Assembly: GCA_032718475.1 (NCBI GenBank)
Contig: JAUCBJ010001168.1
Location: 1-64,000, forward strand
Source of the DNA: Nemertoderma westbladi
Taxonomy: Eukaryota; Animalia; Xenacoelomorpha
Length of the DNA stretch: 64,000 bases
Reading direction: 5' to 3'
Position 1 is the stretch's first letter. Each line of letters opens with the position of its first letter. Below the pieces are notes generated by a model that saw nothing but the letters and a program-made list of their open reading frames with translations, had not been told where the DNA came from and searched no databases. This document shows positions 18,001 through 33,000 of this stretch, in pieces. The position numbers were made by a program, and so were the translations under genes.

Positions 18001-21000
18001 TATTTTATGTATTGGATATATTTTATGTATTGGATATATTTTACATATGTATTGGATATATTTTATGTATCGGATATATTTTATGTATCGGATATATTTT
18101 ATGTATCGGATATATTTTATGTATTGGATATATTTTATGTATCGGATATATTTTATGTATCGGATATATTTTATGTATCGGATATATTTTATGTATCGGA
18201 TATATTTTATGTATCGGATATATTTTATGTATTGGATGTATTTTATGTATCGGATATATTTTACATATGTATTGGATATATTTTATGTATCGGATATATT
18301 TTATGTATCGGATATATTTTATGTATTGGATATATTTTATGTATTGGATATATTTTATGTATCGGATATATTTTATGTATTGGATATATTTTATGTATCG
18401 GATACATTTTATGTATCGGATATATTTTATGTATCGGATACATTTTATGTATCGGATATATTTTATGTATTGGATATATTTTATGTATCGGATATATTTT
18501 ACATCTGTATTGGATATATTTTACATATGTATCGGATATATTTTATGTATCGGATATATTTTATGTATCGGATATATTTTATGTATCGGATATATTATAT
18601 GTATCAGATATATTTTATGTATCGGATATATTTTATGTATTGGATATATTTTATGTATTGGATATATTTTATGTATCGGATATATTTTATGTATCGGATA
18701 TATTTTATGTATCGGATACATTTTATGTATCGGATATATTTTATGTATCGGATATATTTTATGTATCGGATATATTTTACATATGTATTGGATATATTTT
18801 ATGTATCGGATATATTTTATGTATTGGATATATTTTATGTATTGGATATATTTTATGTATCGGATATATTTTATGTATTGGATATATTTTATGTATCGGA
18901 TATATTTTACATATGTATTGGATATATTTTATGTATTGGATATATTTTATGTATCGGATATATTTTATGTATCGGATATATTTTATGTATCGGATATATT
19001 ATATGTATCAGATATATTTTATGTATCGGATATATTTTATGTATCGGATATATTTTATGTATTGGATATATTTTATGTATCAGATATATTTTACATATGT
19101 ATTGGATATATTTTATGTATTGGATATATTTTATGTATCGGATATATTTTATGTATCGGATATATTTTATGTATCGGATACATTTTATGTATCGGATATA
19201 TTTTACATATGTATTGGATATATTTTATGTATTGGATATATTTTATGTATCGGATATATTTTATGTATCGGATATATTTTATGTATCGGATACATTTTAT
19301 GTATCGGATATATTTTATGTATCGGATATATTTTATGTATCGGATATATTTTACATATGTATTGGATATATTTTATGTATCGGATATATTTTATGTATTG
19401 GATATATTTTATGTATCGGATATATTTTATGTATCGGATATATTTCATGTATCGGATACATTTTATGTATCGGATATATTTTATGTATTGGATATATTTT
19501 ATGTATTGGATATATTTTATGTATCGGATATATTTTACATCTGTATTGGATATATTTTACATATGTATCGGATATATTTTATGTATCGGATATATTTTAT
19601 GTATCGGATATATTTTATGTATCGGATATATTATATGTATCAGATATATTTTATGTATCGGATATATTTTATGTATTGGATATATTTTATGTATTGGATA
19701 TATTTTATGTATCGGATATATTTTATGTATCGGATATATTTTATGTATCGGATACATTTTATGTATCGGATATATTTTATGTATCGGATATATTTTATGT
19801 ATCGGATATATTTTACATATGTATTGGATATATTTTATGTATCGGATATATTTTATGTATTGGATATATGTTATGTATTGGATATATTTTATGTATCGGA
19901 TATATTTTATGTATTGGATATATTTTATGTATCGGATATATTTTACATATGTATTGGATATATTTTATGTATTGGATATATTTTATGTATCGGATATATT
20001 TTATGTATCGGATATATTTTATGTATCGGATATATTATATGTATCAGATATATTTTATGTATCGGATATATTTTATGTATCGGATATATTTTATGTATTG
20101 GATATATTTTATGTATCGGATATATTTTACATATGTATTGGATATATTTTATGTATTGGATATATTTTATGTATCGGATATATTTTATGTATCGGATATA
20201 TTTTATGTATCGGATACATTTTATGTATCGGATATATTTTACATATGTATTGGATATATTTTATGTATTGGATATATTTTATGTATCGGATATATTTTAT
20301 GTATCGGATATATTTTATGTATCGGATACATTTTATGTATCGGATATATTTTATGTATCGGATATATTTTATGTATCGGATATATTTTACATATGTATTG
20401 GATATATTTTATGTATCGGATATATTTTATGTATTGGATATATTTTATGTATCGGATATATTTTATGTATCGGATATATTTTATGTATCGGATACATTTT
20501 ATGTATCGGATATATTTTATGTATTGGATATATTTTATGTATTGGATATATTTTATGTATCGGATATATTTTATGTATCGGATATATTTTATGTATCGGA
20601 TATATTTTATGTATCGGATATATTTTATGTATCGGATATATTTTATGTATCGGATATATTTTACATATGTATCGGATATATTTTATGTATCGGATATATT
20701 TTATATATCGGATATATTTTATGTATTGGATATATTTTATGTATTGGATATATTTTATGTATCGGATATATTTTATGTATCGGATATATTTTATGTATCG
20801 GATATATTTTATGTATTGGATATATTTTATGTATCGGATATATTTTACATATGTATTGGATATATTTTATGTATCGGATATATTTTATGTATCGGATATA
20901 TTTTCTTTATCGGATATATTTTATGTATCGGATATATTTTACATATGTATTGGATATATTTTATGTATTGGATATATTTTATGGATCGGATATATTTTAT

Positions 21001-24000
21001 GTATTGGATATATTTTATGTATCGGATATATTTTACATATGTATTGGATATATTTTATGTATTGGATATATTTTATGTATCGGATATATTTTATGTATCG
21101 GATATATTTTATGTATCGGATATATTTTACATATTTATTGGATATATTTTATGTATCGGATATATTTTATGTATTGGATATATTTTATGTATCGGATATA
21201 TTTTACATATGTATTGGATATATTTTATGTATTGGATATATTTTATGTATTGGATATATTTTACATATGTATTGGATATATTTTATGTATCGGATATATT
21301 TTATGTATTGGATATATTTTATGTATTGGATATATTTTATGTATTGGATATATTTTATGTATTGGATATATTTTACATATGTATTGGATATATTTTATGT
21401 ATCGGATATATTTTATGTATCGGATATATTTTATGTATCGGATATATTTTATGTATTGGATATATTTTATGTATCGGATATATTTTATGTATCGGATATA
21501 TTTTATGTATCGGATATATTTTATGTATCGGATATATTTTATGTATCGGATATATTTTATGTATTGAATATATTTTATGTATCGGATATATTTTACATAT
21601 GTATTGGATATATTTTATGTATCGGATATATTTTATGTATCGGATATATTTTATGTATTGGATATATTTTATGTATCGGATATATTTTATGTATTGGATA
21701 TATTTTATGTATCGGATACATTTTATGTATCGGATATATTTTATGTATCGGATACATTTTATGTATCGGATATATTTTATGTATTGGATATATTTTATGT
21801 ATCGGATATATTTTACATCTGTATTGGATATATTTTACATATGTATCGGATATATTTTATGTATCGGATATATTTTATGTATCGGATATATTTTATGTAT
21901 CGGATATATTATATGTATCAGATATATTTTATGTATCGGATATATTTTATGTATTGGATATATTTTATGTATTGGATATATTTTATGTATCGGATATATT
22001 TTATGTATCGGATATATTTTATGTATCGGATACATTTTATGTATCGGATATATTTTATGTATCGGATATATTTTATGTATCGGATATATTTTATGTATCG
22101 GATATATTTTATGTATTGGATATATTTTATGTATCGGATATATTTTATGTATCGGATATATTTTATGTATCGGATATATTTTACATATGTATCGGATATA
22201 TTTTATGTATCGGATATATTTTATGTATTGGATATATTTTATGTATCGGATATATTTTATGTATTGGATATATTTTATGTATCGGATATATTTTATGTAT
22301 CGGATATATTTTATGTATCAGATATATTTTATGTATTGGATATATTTTATGTATTGGATATATTTTATATATCGGATATATTTTATGTATCGGATATATT
22401 TTATGTATCGGATATATTTTATGTATTGGATATATTTTATGTATCGGATATATTTTATGTATCGGATATATTTTATGTATCGGATATATTTTATGTATCG
22501 GATATATTTTACATATGTATTGGATATATTTTACATATGTATTGGATATATTTTATGTATCGGATATATTTTACATATGTATTGGATATATTTTATGTAT
22601 CGGATATATTTTATGTATCGGATATATTTTATGTATCGGATATATTTTATGTATCGGATATATTTTACATATGTATTGGATATATTTTATGTATCGGATA
22701 TATTTTATGTATCGGATATATTTTATGTATCGGATATATTTTATGTATCGGATATATTTTATGTATCGGATATATTTTACATATGTATTGGATATATTTT
22801 ACATATGTATCGGATATATTTTATGTATTGGATATATTTTATGTATCGGATATATTTTATGTATCGGATATATTTTATGTATCGGATATATTTTATGTAT
22901 CGGATATATTTTATGTATTGGATATATTTTATGTATCGGATATATTTTATGTATCGGATATATTTTATGTATCGGATATATTTTATGTATTGGATATATT
23001 TTATGTATCGGATATATTTTATGTATTGGATATATTTTATGTATTGGATATATTTTATGTATCGGATATATTTTATGTATCGGATATATTTTATGTATCG
23101 GATATATTTTATGTATTGGATATATTTTATGTATCGGATATATTTTACATATGTATTGGATATATTTTATGTATCGGATATATTTTATGTATCGGATATA
23201 TTTTATTTATCGGATATATTTTATGTATCGGATATATTTTACATATGTATTGGATATATTTTATGTATTGGATATATTTTATGTATCGGATATATTTTAT
23301 GTATTGGATATATTTTATGTATCGGATATATTTTACATATGTATTGGATATATTTTATGTATTGGATATATTTTATGTATCGGATATATTTTATGTATCG
23401 GATATATTTTATGTATTGGATATATTTTATGTATTGGATATATTTTATGTATTGGATATATTTTATGTATCGGATATATTTTATGTATCGGATACATTTT
23501 ATGTATCGGATATATTTTATGTATTGGATATATTTTATGTATTGGATATATTTTATGTATTGGATATATTTTATGTATCGGATATATTTTATGTATCGGA
23601 TATATTTTATGTATCGGATATATTTTATGTATCGGATATATTTTATGTATCGGATATATTTTACATATGTATCGGATATATTTTATGTATCGGATATATT
23701 TTATATATCGGATATATTTTATGTATTGGATATATTTTATGTATTGGATATATTTTATGTATCGGATATATTTTATGTATCGGATATATTTTATGTATCG
23801 GATATATTTTATGTATTGGATATATTTTATGTATCGGATATATTTTACATATGTATTGGATATATTTTATGTATCGGATATATTTTATGTATCGGATATA
23901 TTTTATTTATCGGATATATTTTATGTATCGGATATATTTTACATATGTATTGGATATATTTTATGTATTGGATATATTTTATGTATTGGATATATTTTAT

Positions 24001-27000
24001 GTATCGGATATATTTTATGTATTGGATATATTTTATGTATTGGATATATTTTATGTATCGGATATATTTTATGTATTGGATATATTTTATGTATCGGATA
24101 TATTTTACATATGTATTGGATATATTTTATGTATTGGATATATTTTATGTATCGGATATATTTTATGTATCGGATATATTTTATGTATCGGATATATTTT
24201 ACATATTTATTGGATATATTTTATGTATCGGATATATTTTATGTATTGGATATATTTTATGTATCGGATATATTTTACATATGTATTGGATATATTTTAT
24301 GTATTGGATATATTTTATGTATTGGATATATTTTACATATGTATTGGATATATTTTATGTATCGGATATATTTTATGTATTGGATATATTTTATGTATTG
24401 GATATATTTTATGTATTGGATATATTTTACATATGTATTGGATATATTTTATGTATCGGATATATTTTATGTATCGGATATATTTTATGTATCGGATATA
24501 TTTTATGTATTGGATATATTTTATGTATCGGATATATTTTATGTATCGGATATATTTTATGTATCGGATACATTTTATGTATCGGATATATTTTATGTAT
24601 CGGATATATTTTATGTATCGGATATATTTTACATATGTATTGGATATATTTTATGTATCGGATATATTTTATGTATTGGATATATTTTATGTATTGGATA
24701 TATTTTATGTATCGGATATATTTTATGTATTGGATATATTTTATGTATCGGATATATTTTACATATGTATTGGATATATTTTATGTATTGGATATATTTT
24801 ATGTATCGGATATATTTTATGTATCGGATATATTTTATGTATCGGATATATTATATGTATCAGATATATTTTATGTATCGGATATATTTTATGTATCGGA
24901 TATATTTTATGTATTGGATATATTTTATGTATCAGATATATTTTACATATGTATTGGATATATTTTATGTATTGGATATATTTTATGTATCGGATATATT
25001 TTATGTATCGGATATATTTTATGTATCGGATACATTTTATGTATCGGATATATTTTACATATGTATTGGATATATTTTATGTATTGGATATATTTTATGT
25101 ATCGGATATATTTTATGTATCGGATATATTTTATGTATCGGATACATTTTATGTATCGGATATATTTTATGTATCGGATATATTTTATGTATCGGATATA
25201 TTTTACATATGTATTGGATATATTTTATGTATCGGATATATTTTATGTATTGGATATATTTTATGTATCGGATATATTTTATGTATCGGATATATTTCAT
25301 GTATCGGATACATTTTATGTATCGGATATATTTTATGTATTGGATATATTTTATGTATTGGATATATTTTATGTATCGGATATATTTTACATCTGTATTG
25401 GATATATTTTACATATGTATCGGATATATTTTATGTATCGGATATATTTTATGTATCGGATATATTTTATGTATCGGATATATTATATGTATCAGATATA
25501 TTTTATGTATCGGATATATTTTATGTATTGGATATATTTTATGTATCGGATATATTTTATGTATCGGATATATTTTATGTATCGGATATATTTTACATAT
25601 GTATTGGATATATTTTATGTATCGGATATATTTTATGTATTGGATATATGTTATGTATTGGATATATTTTATGTATCGGATATATTTTATGTATTGGATA
25701 TATTTTATGTATCGGATATATTTTACATATGTATTGGATATATTTTATGTATTCGGATATATTTTATGTATCGGATATATTTTATGTATCGGATATATTA
25801 TATGTATCAGATATATTTTATGTATCGGATATATTTTATGTATCGGATATATTTTATGTATTGGATATATTTTATGTATCGGATATATTTTACATATGTA
25901 TTGGATATATTTTATGTATTGGATATATTTTATGTATCGGATATATTTTATGTATCGGATATATTTTATGTATCGGATACATTTTATGTATCGGATATAT
26001 TTTACATATGTATTGGATATATTTTATGTATTGGATATATTTTATGTATCGGATATATTTTATGTATCGGATATATTTTATGTATCGGATACATTTTATG
26101 TATCGGATATATTTTATGTATCGGATATATTTTATGTATCGGATATATTTTACATATGTATTGGATATATTTTATGTATCGGATATATTTTATGTATTGG
26201 ATATATTTTATGTATCGGATATATTTTATGTATCGGATATATTTTATGTATCGGATACATTTTATGTATCGGATATATTTTATGTATTGGATATATTTTA
26301 TGTATTGGATATATTTTATGTATCGGATATATTTTATGTATCGGATATATTTTATGTATCGGATATATTTTATGTATCGGATATATTTTATGTATCGGAT
26401 ATATTTTATGTATCGGATATATTTTACATATGTATCGGATATATTTTATGTATCGGATATATTTTATATATCGGATATATTTTATGTATTGGATATATTT
26501 TATGTATTGGATATATTTTATGTATCGGATATATTTTATGTATCGGATATATTTTATGTATCGGATATATTTTATGTATTGGATATATTTTATGTATCGG
26601 ATATATTTTACATATGTATTGGATATATTTTATGTATCGGATATATTTTATGTATCGGATATATTTTCTTTATCGGATATATTTTATGTATCGGATATAT
26701 TTTACATATGTATTGGATATATTTTATGTATTGGATATATTTTATGGATCGGATATATTTTATGTATTGGATATATTTTATGTATCGGATATATTTTACA
26801 TATGTATTGGATATATTTTATGTATTGGATATATTTTATGTATCGGATATATTTTATGTATCGGATATATTTTATGTATCGGATATATTTTACATATTTA
26901 TTGGATATATTTTATGTATCGGATATATTTTATGTATTGGATATATTTTATGTATCGGATATATTTTACATATGTATTGGATATATTTTATGTATTGGAT

Positions 27001-30000
27001 ATATTTTATGTATTGGATATATTTTACATATGTATTGGATATATTTTATGTATCGGATATATTTTATGTATTGGATATATTTTATGTATTGGATATATTT
27101 TATGTATTGGATATATTTTATGTATTGGATATATTTTACATATGTATTGGATATATTTTATGTATCGGATATATTTTATGTATCGGATATATTTTATGTA
27201 TCGGATATATTTTATGTATTGGATATATTTTATGTATCGGATATATTTTATGTATCGGATATATTTTATGTATCGGATATATTTTATGTATCGGATATAT
27301 TTTATGTATCGGATATATTTTATGTATTGAATATATTTTATGTATCGGATATATTTTACATATGTATTGGATATATTTTATGTATCGGATATATTTTATG
27401 TATCGGATATATTTTATGTATTGGATATATTTTATGTATCGGATATATTTTATGTATTGGATATATTTTATGTATCGGATACATTTTATGTATCGGATAT
27501 ATTTTATGTATCGGATACATTTTATGTATCGGATATATTTTATGTATTGGATATATTTTATGTATCGGATATATTTTACATCTGTATTGGATATATTTTA
27601 CATATGTATCGGATATATTTTATGTATCGGATATATTTTATGTATCGGATATATTTTATGTATCGGATATATTATATGTATCAGATATATTTTATGTATC
27701 GGATATATTTTATGTATTGGATATATTTTATGTATTGGATATATTTTATGTATCGGATATATTTTATGTATCGGATATATTTTATGTATCGGATACATTT
27801 TATGTATTGGATATATTTTATGTATCGGATATATTTTATGTATCGGATATATTTTATGTATCGGATATATTTTATGTATTGGATATATTTTATGTATCGG
27901 ATATATTTTATGTATCGGATATATTTTATGTATCGGATATATTTTATGTATCGGATATATTTTACATATGTATCGGATATATTTTATGTATCGGATATAT
28001 TTTATGTATTGGATATATTTTATGTATCGGATATATTTTATGTATTGGATATATTTTATGTATCGGATATATTTTATGTATCGGATATATTTTATGTATC
28101 AGATATATTTTATGTATTGGATATATTTTATGTATTGGATATATTTTATATATCGGATATATTTTATGTATCGGATATATTTTATGTATCGGATATATTT
28201 TATGTATTGGATATATTTTATGTATCGGATATATTTTATGTATCGGATATATTTTATGTATCGGATATATTTTATGTATCGGATATATTTTACATATGTA
28301 TTGGATATATTTTACATATGTATTGGATATATTTTATGTATCGGATATATTTTACATATGTATTGGATATATTTTATGTATCGGATATATTTTATGTATC
28401 GGATATATTTTATGTATCGGATATATTTTATGTATCGGATATATTTTACATATGTATTGGATATATTTTATGTATCGGATATATTTTATGTATCGGATAT
28501 ATTTTATGTATCGGATATATTTTATGTATCGGATATATTTTACATATGTATTGGATATATTTTACATATGTATCGGATATATTTTATGTATTGGATATAT
28601 TTTATGTATCGGATATATTTTATGTATCGGATATATTTTATGTATCGGATATATTTTATGTATCGGATATATTTTATGTATTGGATTTATTTTATGTATC
28701 GGATATATTTTATGTATCGGATATATTTTATGTATCGGATATATTTTATGTATTGGATATATTTTATATATCGGATATATTTTATGTATTGGATATATTT
28801 TATGTATTGGATATATTTTATGTATCGGATATATTTTATGTATCGGATATATTTTATGTATCGGATATATTTTATGTATTGGATATATTTTATGTATCGG
28901 ATATATTTTATGTATCGGATATATTTTATGTATCGGATATATTTTATGTATTGGATATATTTTATGTATCGGATATATTTTACATATGTATTGGATATAT
29001 TTTATGTATCGGATATATTTTATGTATCGGATATATTTTATTTATCGGATATATTTTATGTATCGGATATATTTTACATATGTATTGGATATATTTTATG
29101 TATTGGATATATTTTATGTATCGGATATATTTTATGTATTGGATATATTTTATGTATCGGATATATTTTACATATGTATTGGATATATTTTATGTATTGG
29201 ATATATTTTATGTATCGGATATATTTTATGTATCGGATATATTTTATGTATTGGATATATTTTATGTATTGGATATATTTTATGTATTGGATATATTTTA
29301 TGTATCGGATATATTTTATGTATCGGATACATTTTATGTATCGGATATATTTTATGTATTGGATATATTTTATGTATTGGATATATTTTATGTATTGGAT
29401 ATATTTTATGTATCGGATATATTTTATGTATCGGATATATTTTATGTATCGGATATATTTTATGTATCGGATATATTTTATGTATCGGATATATTTTACA
29501 TATGTATCGGATATATTTTATGTATCGGATATATTTTATATATCGGATATATTTTATGTATTGGATATATTTTATGTATTGGATATATTTTATGTATCGG
29601 ATATATTTTATGTATCGGATATATTTTATGTATCGGATATATTTTATGTATTGGATATATTTTATGTATCGGATATATTTTACATATGTATTGGATATAT
29701 TTTATGTATCGGATATATTTTATGTATCGGATATATTTTATTTATCGGATATATTTTATGTATCGGATATATTTTACATATGTATTGGATATATTTTATG
29801 TATTGGATATATTTTATGTATCGGATATATTTTATGTATTGGATATATTTTATGTATTGGATATATTTTATGTATCGGATATATTTTATGTATTGGATAT
29901 ATTTTATGTATCGGATATATTTTACATATGTATTGGATATATTTTATGTATTGGATATATTTTATGTATCGGATATATTTTATGTATCGGATATATTTTA

Positions 30001-33000
30001 TGTATCGGATATATTTTACATATTTATTGGATATATTTTATGTATCGGATATATTTTATGTATTGGATATATTTTATGTATCGGATATATTTTACATATG
30101 TATTGGATATATTTTATGTATTGGATATATTTTATGTATTGGATATATTTTACATATGTATTGGATATATTTTATGTATCGGATATATTTTATGTATTGG
30201 ATATATTTTATGTATTGGATATATTTTATGTATTGGATATATTTTACATATGTATTGGATATATTTTATGTATCGGATATATTTTATGTATCGGATATAT
30301 TTTATGTATCGGATATATTTTATGTATTGGATATATTTTATGTATCGGATATATTTTATGTATCGGATATATTTTATGTATCGGATACATTTTATGTATC
30401 GGATATATTTTATGTATCGGATATATTTTATGTATCGGATATATTTTACATATGTATTGGATATATTTTATGTATCGGATATATTTTATGTATTGGATAT
30501 ATTTTATGTATTGGATATATTTTATGTATCGGATATATTTTATGTATTGGATATATTTTATGTATCGGATATATTTTACATATGTATTGGATATATTTTA
30601 TGTATTGGATATATTTTATGTATCGGATATATTTTATGTATCGGATATATTTTATGTATCGGATATATTATATGTATCAGATATATTTTATGTATCGGAT
30701 ATATTTTATGTATCGGATATATTTTATGTATTGGATATATTTTATGTATCAGATATATTTTACATATGTATTGGATATATTTTATGTATTGGATATATTT
30801 TATGTATCGGATATATTTTATGTATCGGATATATTTTATGTATCGGATACATTTTATGTATCGGATATATTTTACATATGTATTGGATATATTTTATGTA
30901 TTGGATATATTTTATGTATCGGATATATTTTATGTATCGGATATATTTTATGTATCGGATACATTTTATGTATCGGATATATTTTATGTATCGGATATAT
31001 TTTATGTATCGGATATATTTTACATATGTATTGGATATATTTTATGTATCGGATATATTTTATGTATTGGATATATTTTATGTATCGGATATATTTTATG
31101 TATCGGATATATTTCATGTATCGGATACATTTTATGTATCGGATATATTTTATGTATTGGATATATTTTATGTATTGGATATATTTTATGTATCGGATAT
31201 ATTTTACATCTGTATTGGATATATTTTACATATGTATCGGATATATTTTATGTATCGGATATATTTTATGTATCGGATATATTTTATGTATCGGATATAT
31301 TATATGTATCAGATATATTTTATGTATCGGATATATTTTATGTATTGGATATATTTTATGTATCGGATATATTTTATGTATCGGATATATTTTATGTATC
31401 GGATATATTTTACATATGTATTGGATATATTTTATGTATCGGATATATTTTATGTATTGGATATATGTTATGTATTGGATATATTTTATGTATCGGATAT
31501 ATTTTATGTATTGGATATATTTTATGTATCGGATATATTTTACATATGTATTGGATATATTTTATGTATTGGATATATTTTATGTATCGGATATATTTTA
31601 TGTATCGGATATATTTTATGTATCGGATATATTATATGTATCAGATATATTTTATGTATCGGATATATTTTATGTATCGGATATATTTTATGTATTGGAT
31701 ATATTTTATGTATCGGATATATTTTACATATGTATTGGATATATTTTATGTATTGGATATATTTTATGTATCGGATATATTTTATGTATCGGATATATTT
31801 TATGTATCGGATACATTTTATGTATCGGATATATTTTACATATGTATTGGATATATTTTATGTATTGGATATATTTTATGTATCGGATATATTTTATGTA
31901 TCGGATATATTTTATGTATCGGATACATTTTATGTATCGGATATATTTTATGTATCGGATATATTTTATGTATCGGATATATTTTACATATGTATTGGAT
32001 ATATTTTATGTATCGGATATATTTTATGTATTGGATATATTTTATGTATCGGATATATTTTATGTATCGGATATATTTTATGTATCGGATACATTTTATG
32101 TATCGGATATATTTTATGTATTGGATATATTTTATGTATTGGATATATTTTATGTATCGGATATATTTTATGTATCGGATATATTTTATGTATCGGATAT
32201 ATTTTATGTATCGGATATATTTTATGTATCGGATATATTTTATGTATCGGATATATTTTACATATGTATCGGATATATTTTATGTATCGGATATATTTTA
32301 TATATCGGATATATTTTATGTATTGGATATATTTTATGTATTGGATATATTTTATGTATCGGATATATTTTATGTATCGGATATATTTTATGTATCGGAT
32401 ATATTTTATGTATTGGATATATTTTATGTATCGGATATATTTTACATATGTATTGGATATATTTTATGTATCGGATATATTTTATGTATCGGATATATTT
32501 TCTTTATCGGATATATTTTATGTATCGGATATATTTTACATATGTATTGGATATATTTTATGTATTGGATATATTTTATGGATCGGATATATTTTATGTA
32601 TTGGATATATTTTATGTATCGGATATATTTTACATATGTATTGGATATATTTTATGTATTGGATATATTTTATGTATCGGATATATTTTATGTATCGGAT
32701 ATATTTTATGTATCGGATATATTTTACATATTTATTGGATATATTTTATGTATCGGATATATTTTATGTATTGGATATATTTTATGTATCGGATATATTT
32801 TACATATGTATTGGATATATTTTATGTATTGGATATATTTTATGTATTGGATATATTTTACATATGTATTGGATATATTTTATGTATCGGATATATTTTA
32901 TGTATTGGATATATTTTATGTATTGGATATATTTTATGTATTGGATATATTTTATGTATTGGATATATTTTACATATGTATTGGATATATTTTATGTATC

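Noticed and set aside
6335-25760. Singleton indels in the 18-mer array (about 6340, 12663, 15252, 16439, 25752) as programmed frameshifts
   Set aside because: Each occurs once and is not shared by higher-order copies; consistent with consensus errors or private mutations.
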